Below, piece after piece: positions 24,546 through 31,707 of a stretch of 40,738 nucleotides of DNA. The stretch's first letter is position 1, and every line of letters begins with the position of its first letter. Below the pieces are notes generated by a model. It had not been told where the DNA came from and made no database searches. It saw only the letters and a program-made list of their open reading frames with translations. The stretch comes from a virus: positions 1 through 40,738 of the IMG/VR virus record IMGVR_UViG_3300012080_000003. One strand, given 5' to 3'. Position numbers and translations under genes: made by a program.

Positions 24546-24572
24546 AAAGGCCCCCGCTTGGCGAGGGCCTTT
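24546..24572 (-). terminator. Intrinsic terminator ending the early operon
   Basis: aaaggccc(24546-24553) pairs with gggccttt(24565-24572). On the minus strand the stem is followed by TTTTCC. A second hairpin, gctcccg/cgggagc, lies at 24495-24524. Confidence 0.65.
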
Positions 24573-24639
24573 CGAAGTGTCCGGCGCCGGGCATAGTTAT
24601 CCGACGCGTGAGAAGCATATCAAACGAACTACACGGTTG

Positions 24640-24840
24640 TCATTCGTTCGTGGTACCCCCGTTTGTGGGCGTGTCGCGGACTCGTTGGAGTGCGGCGCGG
24701 ATGGCTCGGGCTGCGAATACGGGATGAACATCGGCGGGGGCGTTCAGGAAGTCGCGGTCGGTCGCGATGGCGCTGGCTTCTTCCTCGGTGATGTCCCCCG
24801 TGATGATTAGCGTTGCTAGAACGGTAGCCCAGTCGATCAT
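24640..24840 (-). CDS. Hypothetical protein (66 aa), last early gene
   Basis: ORF-track ORF with high GC3, followed by a terminator. Confidence 0.6.
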   Translation of the reverse strand: MIDWATVLATLIITGDITEEEASAIATDRDFLNAPADVHPVFAARAIRAALQRVRDTPTNGGTTNE

Positions 24841-24844
24841 GTGG

Positions 24845-25486
24845 TCACCCTACTTTCTCGTTGAGTTCGTCGGCCAGTTCTTCGACTGCTTCGCGGCCTT
24901 CCCAGATGACGCGGCAGGCTTGGCAGACTGCGTTGACGTTGGTGGGGTCGTCGTGTTCGTCGCGGACGTATTCGACTTTGAGGACGCGCATCCCGCCGCC
25001 GTCTTTCCAGTTGCCCCATTCGGTGGCGCCGCAGACGGGGCATGCGCCTTTGATGGTGAATGCGACGGGTTTGTCGAGCATCTTGCGGATGGCGTACTTC
25101 CATCCGTGGAGGGCGCGAATGTACCAGTCGTCGTCGCGGTCGGGGTCGGCCATGTGGAGGGCGGACCATTGCTGGAGGTTGTGGATGGGGTCGCGTCCGG
25201 CTTTCCCGCCGGCGATGCGTACCCAGTCGGCGATCGCAGCACAGATCTTCGCGTACTCGAACAGCATGTTGTTGTCCGCCAGGGACCGTTCGCGGGGCGA
25301 GCTCTTCGAGTTCCCATCGTTGCCGGTGGAAGGCCAGACGGCTTCGTGCATCTGCTCAAGCAAGGCCGGGTGTTCGACGGTGTGGGTTCTCACCCATTTG
25401 CCGGTGTCAGTTCTCTGAGCGAGGTGCTCGACTACGGGTTTGGTGAGTGCTTCGACCGCTGCCAGGAGCGGATCAGTCTCGGTCAT
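24845..25486 (-). CDS. Hypothetical protein (213 aa) with C-terminal CxxC...CxxC zinc ribbon
   Basis: ATGA overlap at 25483-25486. Motif CPVCGATEW...CQAC. The track ORF 24845..25807 was trimmed. Confidence 0.7.
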   Translation of the reverse strand: MTETDPLLAAVEALTKPVVEHLAQRTDTGKWVRTHTVEHPALLEQMHEAVWPSTGNDGNSKSSPRERSLADNNMLFEYAKICAAIADWVRIAGGKAGRDPIHNLQQWSALHMADPDRDDDWYIRALHGWKYAIRKMLDKPVAFTIKGACPVCGATEWGNWKDGGGMRVLKVEYVRDEHDDPTNVNAVCQACRVIWEGREAVEELADELNEKVG

Positions 25487-25725
25487 CGGGTTCCTTCCCG
25501 CTTCGCAGCCAGCATGGCGGCGAGTTCTTCGAGTTCGGTTTGGTGGGCGCACATGGCCGCGTAGGACCTCGCGGATGTGATCGCGTCTTCGGTCCTGCCT
25601 TTGAGGAGTAGTTCGTTTGTCACGCGGGCTTGTGCGTCTATGTGGGGCCAGCTGGCGCGGATCTCTTCGTAGATGGTGGCCTCTGTGATCGCGTCCTGGA
25701 TCGCATCCTCGACCGGGTCGCTCAT
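25483..25725 (-). CDS. Hypothetical protein (80 aa)
   Basis: ATGA overlaps on both sides. Confidence 0.6.
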   Translation of the reverse strand: MSDPVEDAIQDAITEATIYEEIRASWPHIDAQARVTNELLLKGRTEDAITSARSYAAMCAHQTELEELAAMLAAKREGTR

Positions 25726-25913
25726 GCGTTCCCCTCCTGTCGTTCTGCTTCGATGAGTCGGCTGATAGCGGCCGCATCCGCGGTCGTAGTGCAGAGAGCA
25801 TGAGCATCCAGGAGAGCCTGCTTGCGCGCCCATTCAGCGATCACCTTGTAGTCGGCCATGTTGAACTCGCCCGCGTCATATGCGCGGTCGTACACATCGT
25901 CTGGGATCTGCAT
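25722..25913 (-). CDS. Hypothetical protein (63 aa)
   Basis: TGATG junction upstream and ATGA junction downstream. Confidence 0.6.
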   Translation of the reverse strand: MQIPDDVYDRAYDAGEFNMADYKVIAEWARKQALLDAHALCTTTADAAAISRLIEAERQEGNA

Positions 25914-26170
25914 CAGCCGTCTCCTTCCGCGAGAGCACGAATGGCGTCAGTCGCTTCGCGCTCATCGATGGCCCAATGAGACGGGAATGCCGTGAGGGAC
26001 ATGTCGACAGCCGATGAAATACCGCGGAGCGCTTCGGCGGCTTCGCGAAGTGCTTCCTTCCGCTCCCACTCGGCACCAGCCTTGAATCCGGCTTCAAACG
26101 CCTCGCGAAGCGTCGCGCACTGCTTGTTGCCGAGAGGGAACGCCGCGCGGAACGCCCCGTCTCCGCTCAT
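25913..26170 (-). CDS. Hypothetical protein (85 aa)
   Basis: Coupled junctions on both sides. Confidence 0.6.
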   Translation of the reverse strand: MSGDGAFRAAFPLGNKQCATLREAFEAGFKAGAEWERKEALREAAEALRGISSAVDMSLTAFPSHWAIDEREATDAIRALAEGDG

Positions 26171-26472
26171 GCCTGTTCCCCCTCAACCGGAGTCAAGGCG
26201 CTGCGGACGAACGAGAGAACCTGCTCCCGCGGCCAGAGCGCCGGGTCGCCACTCAGCTGAAACTCGACACCCTCAAGCCGCAGTCGCAGAGCATCACGAT
26301 CCTTGCGGGCCGTGCTCATCGCCTCGATCAAGTCGAGTCGCTCTGCCCGCAGTTCCCGTTCACCAGCGACCAGAGCGTCAACAGCATCCGCCAGGCGCTG
26401 CACGAGCGGGTTTTTTGCGGTCAGTGCTTCCGCTTGTGCTTCCCGGACCAGCTTCGTGTGGTCGTCGGTCAT
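26167..26472 (-). CDS. Hypothetical coiled-coil protein (101 aa)
   Basis: Coupled junctions. Heptad-like charged sequence. Confidence 0.6.
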   Translation of the reverse strand: MTDDHTKLVREAQAEALTAKNPLVQRLADAVDALVAGERELRAERLDLIEAMSTARKDRDALRLRLEGVEFQLSGDPALWPREQVLSFVRSALTPVEGEQA

Positions 26473-26717
26473 CGCTGGTTCTCCAATCGCGTCGCCACAG
26501 CACGAAGGGTTGCCGATACGCGGTAGCCCTCACCGTTGTCGTCCCAGTCGTCGGCCGCGTCTCGCAGTGCGTGGGATTCGAGCTGCCACCAAGGTCCCCT
26601 GTCCGTCTCACCGGCCTCTGTGTATGACCATCGGAAACCGCTGAAACCGTGCTCGATGTAGTAGCCCTTGCCGTCCTTTCGGTAGTCGCGGACGATGCTG
26701 ATTCCGTCGTCGCTCAT
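26469..26717 (-). CDS. Hypothetical protein (82 aa) carrying an RDAADDW-NG-...ATRLE motif (paralogue of 31540-31707)
   Basis: ATGA overlap at 26714-26717. The C-terminal 37 aa align with the 55-aa product of 31540..31707. Confidence 0.6.
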   Translation of the reverse strand: MSDDGISIVRDYRKDGKGYYIEHGFSGFRWSYTEAGETDRGPWWQLESHALRDAADDWDDNGEGYRVSATLRAVATRLENQR

Positions 26718-26923
26718 GTCTGGTTCTCCTTCTTGGGTTCGGGGTGTTCTGCGTGGTCGCATTTCGGGTTCGGGCAGCGACGGTTGTACCCGCATGGGAG
26801 GTCACCGAACCCGGGGACGCCGCGACGACAACGGGCGCAGCACCGTTCCCCGTGGGTGGTGGTTCGTTCTCTTGGTGTGGGTGCCCATTCAGGGCGAGGA
26901 GACAGATCGATACGAGACCTCAT
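26714..26923 (-). CDS. Small Cys-rich protein (69 aa), putative zinc-binding
   Basis: CCARC...C...C...C pattern. TGATG and ATGA junctions. GC3 is only moderate. Confidence 0.45.
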   Translation of the reverse strand: MRSRIDLSPRPEWAPTPRERTTTHGERCCARCRRGVPGFGDLPCGYNRRCPNPKCDHAEHPEPKKENQT

Positions 26924-27096
26924 CAGACGTGCCCTTCGTCTGGTGTGACGTCCCAGAACTCGACCCGCAAGAGCTTCTGCCGCGGATCAACCCGGTACGC
27001 GAGGGCTTCCTGACGGGTCGTGAACATGTCGGCAGTGTCGCCATCGTCGTCGAGAGTGATCGCCCACATCGTGCTCTCGAGCACTCCGCGGCTCAT
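26923..27096 (-). CDS. Hypothetical acidic protein (57 aa); not in the ORF track
   Basis: ATG 27096 overlaps the upstream stop (ATGA). Product is MSRGVLESTMWAITLDDDGDTADMFTTRQEALAYRVDPRQKLLRVEFWDVTPDEGHV. Confidence 0.5.
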   Translation of the reverse strand: MSRGVLESTMWAITLDDDGDTADMFTTRQEALAYRVDPRQKLLRVEFWDVTPDEGHV

Positions 27097-27206
27097 GCTT
27101 CCTGCTCCTCAAATGCGCCGGGCAGGAACTCGAACTCGATGGCTCGAAGCATCTCGGTCGGGGACAGTTCGGGTGCCGGCGGACGAGTGTGCTCCTGGTC
27201 ATGCAT
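27093..27206 (-). CDS. Hypothetical protein (37 aa); not in the ORF track
   Basis: TGATG junction at 27206 and ATGA junction at 27093-27096. Product is MHDQEHTRPPAPELSPTEMLRAIEFEFLPGAFEEQEA. Confidence 0.4.
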   Translation of the reverse strand: MHDQEHTRPPAPELSPTEMLRAIEFEFLPGAFEEQEA

Positions 27207-27478
27207 CAGATGACCTCCTTCGATGCGTACTGGTCGCGAAGCGTCTGGGGCATTCCGGGTCCCCGCCATGACCCGTCACGGTGGGCGAGAAACACGCCGG
27301 ATACTTTGATGGTTCGGGGATCGAGGCAGGTTACGGACCCGTCGTCGCTGATCCGTTGGTGGGCGTCGAAGGCAGTGACGCCCTCGAACGTCTCGTGGCA
27401 TCGGGCGCAGTGCCCGGTCCGGTTGCCATGCTGCTTCCACGACTTCCCGCACTTCGGGTGAGTGACCGTCGCGCTCAT
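27206..27478 (-). CDS. FDxHR-type putative zinc-binding phage protein (90 aa)
   Basis: HPKCGKSW...GHCARCHETF...AFDAHQR motif. Confidence 0.65.
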   Translation of the reverse strand: MSATVTHPKCGKSWKQHGNRTGHCARCHETFEGVTAFDAHQRISDDGSVTCLDPRTIKVSGVFLAHRDGSWRGPGMPQTLRDQYASKEVI

Positions 27479-27711
27479 GAGTTGCTCTCCTTCGGGTTGT
27501 TCTCTGCCACACGAATGGCGATATCGATTTGCTCCTGCGTGAAGCCCGGCATGTTCCGCTGCAGGGACAGCCGGCGCCGCGCGTCAGACAGGGTCTTGAA
27601 CCGGAAGCCCGCCTGCGACAGCTCGAAGAGGGTTTGCTTCTCCCGGTCCTCGTGACGTCGCATGATCGCCTCGAGCCGAGCCGCTGCTGCCCGATCCTCA
27701 CGACGCATCAC
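27475..27711 (-). CDS. Hypothetical protein (77-78 aa)
   Basis: GTGATG at 27706-27711 overlaps the upstream stop, so either the GTG or the next ATG could be the start. Confidence 0.6.
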   Translation of the reverse strand: MMRREDRAAAARLEAIMRRHEDREKQTLFELSQAGFRFKTLSDARRRLSLQRNMPGFTQEQIDIAIRVAENNPKESNS

Positions 27712-28469
27712 GCCACCCCCAGGTCGCAGGTGTCGTACCAGTGCTGCACATCGTCAGGGGACTTCCGGCACGCAGTAGCCACGTACGCGTCGACGTCCTT
27801 CACGGGATGCTGAGACCGGTCCGCGATCACCTGAGCCAACTCCACAGCCGCCGCCGACGTGAGAGGGCCATCCACGGTGCGGGCGAGGATCGGGTACAGC
27901 TTCCGAATGTCCCGCACCCCAGCGTTACGGGCTTTCTGGATGACGATCTCACTGACCTCGTCAAGTCCTCGGCCTCCCGCGTTAGAGACAGGACTTGACT
28001 GTGTTTCAGTACTCATGTCAGTCAAGAGGTCTATCTCTGACTCTGACTCTGACTCTGGTACGTTTTGCTTCCCATTTGCTTTAGCACTTGCTACCGGCTT
28101 GCCAGACGTTTGACGACGCTCTGCCTTCGCCCTGCCACCCTTCGCCCCAGCAGCCGCGCGCTTCTCCCGCAAATCCTCGATGTCACCGTTCGTGAGCTGA
28201 TGATCGGCGTACGAACGGAGGATGTAGTCGTCCTCAACGAGTTGCACGAGAGGACGCGTCGGATGCGACGCGACAAGGTCACCCAGAGCCTTCTGCGACC
28301 ACATCGCTCGAGCAGCCACAACAGGGATCACACCATCGAGTCCGAGCCTTCTCGAGTACGCGTTCATCTCCACGAATGTCCACTTCGCCAACGGGGTCAG
28401 GGGGCGCACCTTCGGGTGATCCGGGAAGTCAATCGGGAACGTCATGAAGAGACGTTGATCTCTAGGCAT
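27708..28469 (-). CDS. Putative DNA-binding / replication-organiser-like protein (253 aa) with an internal (Ser-Glu)n tract
   Basis: TGATG junction with the methyltransferase stop. The N-terminus FPIDFPDHPKVRPLTPLAKWTFVEMNAYS resembles phage replication/DnaD-like proteins, recalled from memory only. The track ORF 27708..28763 was trimmed. Confidence 0.45.
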   Translation of the reverse strand: MPRDQRLFMTFPIDFPDHPKVRPLTPLAKWTFVEMNAYSRRLGLDGVIPVVAARAMWSQKALGDLVASHPTRPLVQLVEDDYILRSYADHQLTNGDIEDLREKRAAAGAKGGRAKAERRQTSGKPVASAKANGKQNVPESESESEIDLLTDMSTETQSSPVSNAGGRGLDEVSEIVIQKARNAGVRDIRKLYPILARTVDGPLTSAAAVELAQVIADRSQHPVKDVDAYVATACRKSPDDVQHWYDTCDLGVA

Positions 28470-29134
28470 CAGGCAGCACCTCCGAAGTCCAGTCCGGAGG
28501 ATGTCTCGCGGGTGAGCCGCATCGCTGCGATCTCGGCTGTTGCCTCGTCGGTCTCGACCGTGATGCACTTCCGACCGAGCATGCGGGCCGCAACAGCCGT
28601 GCTCCCGGAACCGCAGAACGGGTCCGCGATCACACCCCTGGTGGCTTCGGCGAGCTCGGCGAGGAGCGGTACCGGCTTCTGGTGGATGTGGAGGCGCCCG
28701 TTCTTCGCCGTCGCCTGGATGGGTGGGCAGACAAGGACGTCCGTTGATCGGACACCCTTCCACGGGCCGTCACCGAGGACGTAGATCTCCTGGTGGGCTG
28801 GCTTCCACGGGATCCGCAGATCACCCATCCCGAGAGCGCCCTTGGTGTCCCAGACCAGCAGAGACTTCGTCAGCAGGGGACGCTGTACCCGCCATGTGCC
28901 GAAGACCAGGGCCGGTTTCGTCGGTCCCCACATCTCGAGGGCGGCGTCGCGGACAGTTGTGTCCTTGTCGCCGGCAATGGATGTCGGCAGGGACTCACGC
29001 TGTGCACCCGTGTTGTAGTCGATCCCGTACGGCGGATCGGTCAGCAGCACATCTGCGGCCGTCCACTCCGTGATCTTGCGGCAGTCGCCGAGGTAGAGCG
29101 TGACGAGGTCGTCCTGGTAGTACGGGGTGCTCAT
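28469..29134 (-). CDS. DNA methyltransferase, beta-class N6-adenine/N4-cytosine type
   Basis: DPPYG (motif IV) precedes FCGSGST (motif I). HQKP also present. Confidence 0.9.
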   Translation of the reverse strand: MSTPYYQDDLVTLYLGDCRKITEWTAADVLLTDPPYGIDYNTGAQRESLPTSIAGDKDTTVRDAALEMWGPTKPALVFGTWRVQRPLLTKSLLVWDTKGALGMGDLRIPWKPAHQEIYVLGDGPWKGVRSTDVLVCPPIQATAKNGRLHIHQKPVPLLAELAEATRGVIADPFCGSGSTAVAARMLGRKCITVETDEATAEIAAMRLTRETSSGLDFGGAA

Positions 29135-29550
29135 GGTCTCCCTCCTTTCGTTGTGTATCCGCCAGCCGCTTCGATGAGTTCGACCGCGAGAGCCTTCGGA
29201 ATGGACTTCGCCCGCCCCTCCACATCAGGGAGGAAATAGCCACCCAGGTTGCGGTCGTAGAACGGGACCTCATGGGCTGCCATCAACCGGTTCCTTTTGA
29301 GCTTCCAGCCCATGCGGAGACCGGTCTGGAGGAATGCCGCGTCAGCCTCGAGCAACTGGTTGTGATGAGCGCAAAGCATCACCCCGTCTGCTGGCGTGAC
29401 CTTGGGCGCCTTGCTCCCTCGACCACCTGATCCGGACGATTCGCGGTGATTCCACTCGAGGCGACCGAAACAGCCGGCGGGTCCTGCGATGCACCGGTGA
29501 CCGTCTCGAAGGGATGTTGCGTCGCGTACCTTCTTGGTCGGGGCCGTCAT
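29131..29550 (-). CDS. HNH endonuclease-like protein (139 aa)
   Basis: RDGHRC...EWNHRES...LCAHHN. ATGA overlaps on both sides. Confidence 0.7.
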   Translation of the reverse strand: MTAPTKKVRDATSLRDGHRCIAGPAGCFGRLEWNHRESSGSGGRGSKAPKVTPADGVMLCAHHNQLLEADAAFLQTGLRMGWKLKRNRLMAAHEVPFYDRNLGGYFLPDVEGRAKSIPKALAVELIEAAGGYTTKGGRP

Positions 29551-30029
29551 GACACGACTCCGAAATGCTCAGCGCGTGCCTGCTCGACAGCAACGATCGC
29601 GTCCTCGATCCGGTCGAATCGCCCCAGACCGATCCGCTTGTAGTTGACGCAGATATCGGCGCGCCACTTGTTCCTGGTGCGATCCCAACTGACACCGCGG
29701 ACGCCGCTCTTCGAGTCCGCGTGCGGGCCCGAGAGGTTCTGCATGTTCTCCATCTGGGTGACCGCGCGGAGGTGGTCAGGGCGAACACACGCTCGGTTCC
29801 AGCACTTGTGATCGATCACGAGGTCGTCTGGAATCGGACCGTTGACCATCTCGTACGAGATTCGGTGAGCGAAGTACATGGTCGAGCGCGCCGAGAACCG
29901 TCCGTGGCCCTGGTTGTGGAGTGTGCCTCGCCAGATCCAGCAGCTGTCAGTCTTCTCGACGAGGAACCAGAACCGCTCTCGCTCGTCAGGACGAAGAACG
30001 ATCGAACGCTCCTTCATTGGCCGGCTCAC
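29547..30029 (-). CDS. HNH endonuclease with C-terminal AP2-type DNA-binding domain
   Basis: DHKCWNRACVRPDHL followed by GVRGVSWDRTRNKWRADI...GRFDRIEDA. Confidence 0.85.
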   Translation of the reverse strand: MSRPMKERSIVLRPDERERFWFLVEKTDSCWIWRGTLHNQGHGRFSARSTMYFAHRISYEMVNGPIPDDLVIDHKCWNRACVRPDHLRAVTQMENMQNLSGPHADSKSGVRGVSWDRTRNKWRADICVNYKRIGLGRFDRIEDAIVAVEQARAEHFGVVS

Positions 30030-30376
30030 GACGCGTCACCCCCGAGCAGTGCGACTAGGTCGCGGACGGTCATCACAACGTATTGATCGAGCGCCTGCCC
30101 CTTTCCGCGCCTCTTCGCGATGACGATGCCGGCGATGGCGTCAGCGTTGCCCTTCTCGACCTGGGATTCGTCGACCCATCCGGCGAGGTCGAGACGGGAC
30201 ACGTTCTTGACTTCGATGGCGACCTTCCCGAATGGGGAACGAACACCAGCAATGTCGCCGCGGTCGGCGTTGCCTCGGAGTGGGGCGCGGTCGATTCGGT
30301 CGTCGTCGAGAGCGTGGGCGAGTCCGTCTGCGATGAGGCGTTCGAATGCTGTGCCGCGCTGCTTGTTCCGGTTCAT
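30026..30376 (-). CDS. Holliday-junction resolvase-like PD-(D/E)XK nuclease (Hjc/RecU-like)
   Basis: GTAFERLIADGL...GDIAGV...AIEVKN motif arrangement. Confidence 0.7.
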   Translation of the reverse strand: MNRNKQRGTAFERLIADGLAHALDDDRIDRAPLRGNADRGDIAGVRSPFGKVAIEVKNVSRLDLAGWVDESQVEKGNADAIAGIVIAKRRGKGQALDQYVVMTVRDLVALLGGDAS

Positions 30377-30651
30377 GCTGCACCTCGTGTTCCGTTGATG
30401 GTGCGGGTGCGTTCCTTGGTGTTGAGTCCGCCCCAGATGCCGTACCGTTCACCGTTGCTGATCGCGTAGGCGAGGCATTGGGTGGCGACGTCGCAGGTGG
30501 CGCAGATCTTCTTCGCGTCGGCACCGTGGATCGATGACTCTGGGAAGAACATGTCGGGGTCCGTGGTGGCGCATGCTGCACGGTCTTGCCAGTCGAGTGC
30601 GGTTTCGTCGGGCAGGGTGACGGCGATCAGGTCAAACGGGTCCGCGGTCAT
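30373..30651 (-). CDS. WhiB-family (Wbl) transcriptional regulator
   Basis: Four Cys (C-x(n)-C-x2-C-x5-C) and a GIWGG turn. Confidence 0.9.
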   Translation of the reverse strand: MTADPFDLIAVTLPDETALDWQDRAACATTDPDMFFPESSIHGADAKKICATCDVATQCLAYAISNGERYGIWGGLNTKERTRTINGTRGAA

Positions 30652-30980
30652 CGCTTCGCCCCCTTCGTCTGCAGGGTGTGGGCCTCGAGGATCCGATCGA
30701 AGGGGACGAGTTCGGTCCAGGAGTAGCCGGTGTCGACGGTCACTGACTTCTGGTTGACCTTCACGACCCGGGACCAGCCGAAGCGGGTGCGGATCAAGTC
30801 AGCTGTAAGGAGTTCGTCGCGGGTGAAGTGGTGGCGCTCTGCCTCGGCAGCCTTGGATGCTTCCTGAGCGGCCGTCCAAGCGGCGTCTCGCTCTGCCTTT
30901 ACCTCCGCGACCGCCTCGTCCACGAGGGACTCTGTCGCCTTCTGACGGGCGCGGTATGCGGAGAGGGTGTCTCGTTTCAT
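30648..30980 (-). CDS. Hypothetical protein (110 aa)
   Basis: Coupled junctions on both sides. Confidence 0.6.
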   Translation of the reverse strand: MKRDTLSAYRARQKATESLVDEAVAEVKAERDAAWTAAQEASKAAEAERHHFTRDELLTADLIRTRFGWSRVVKVNQKSVTVDTGYSWTELVPFDRILEAHTLQTKGAKR

Positions 30981-31543
30981 GCGTCTCCCTCTTTCGCGTC
31001 CTTGTACGCCTGACGGATCACCGCGAGCACGGCCGGGAGGGCGTTGGCGTTCTTCGCAGCTACACCGAGGGCTTCGATCGCGTCCGAGTTTCCGTCCGCG
31101 GCTGCGAGCTCGGTCAACCAGTCACGACCAGACGTGTCCTTCACAGGTGTCGTGGTGAGCGGCTGGACCACGAATGGTGCGCGCTTCCCACGCCGGACGG
31201 TCAGGGTCACCGTCACAGGCTCTGCGATGTGGGAGGCGTGAGAGAGGCGGATTCCGCCGATCGCTTCGCCTGCCCATGTCACGGTGGGATCTCCGTATAG
31301 GGTCACCTGTCTGCCGATGTAGGCGCTGCCGTCAGGCCCCCAGCAGGCGACCAGAACGCGTCGGACAGTCTTGGCGGGCCGCCACGGCCGGTCGAACTCT
31401 TCGAAGTCGATCTGGATGGGCTGTTCCGCAGATGGGCCCTTCCGAACGTTGGTGATGGTGAGTGTTTTCGGCCCGGTGAGCATGTCTTCGTAGTCCATTT
31501 GGTCGCTCTTGGGCGCCAGGGTGTCCGAGATGTCCACGGTCAA
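30977..31543 (-). CDS. Hypothetical protein (188 aa) next to the exonuclease; possible ssDNA-binding/annealing partner
   Basis: Assigned from position in the recombination module only. No motif recognised. Confidence 0.6.
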   Translation of the reverse strand: MTVDISDTLAPKSDQMDYEDMLTGPKTLTITNVRKGPSAEQPIQIDFEEFDRPWRPAKTVRRVLVACWGPDGSAYIGRQVTLYGDPTVTWAGEAIGGIRLSHASHIAEPVTVTLTVRRGKRAPFVVQPLTTTPVKDTSGRDWLTELAAADGNSDAIEALGVAAKNANALPAVLAVIRQAYKDAKEGDA

Positions 31544-31707
31544 ATCTCCCGCTCGAGCCGGGTGGCGGTCGCGCGCATGTTTCCGGTCAGTCGCCGGTTG
31601 TTCGAGTCCCCGTTCGACTCCCAGTCATCTGCAGCGTCACGCCAGGCGGCAGCTTCGTGGTAGGACCCAAGCAGGGGGTGCTTCTTGTCGACGTAGTGCG
31701 TCGTCAT
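31540..31707 (-). CDS. Hypothetical protein (55 aa) with an RDAADDW-NG-...ATRLE motif
   Basis: ATGA overlaps on both sides. The track ORF 31540..31857 was trimmed. Confidence 0.55.
   Translation of the reverse strand: MTTHYVDKKHPLLGSYHEAAAWRDAADDWESNGDSNNRRLTGNMRATATRLEREI

Noticed and set aside
27708-28763. 351-aa version of the replication-organiser-like ORF, extending into the methyltransferase gene.
   Set aside because: The upstream 98 codons overlap the MTase motif-I region in another frame and are Arg/Gly/Pro-rich. The TGATG junction at 28469 gives a sensible start.
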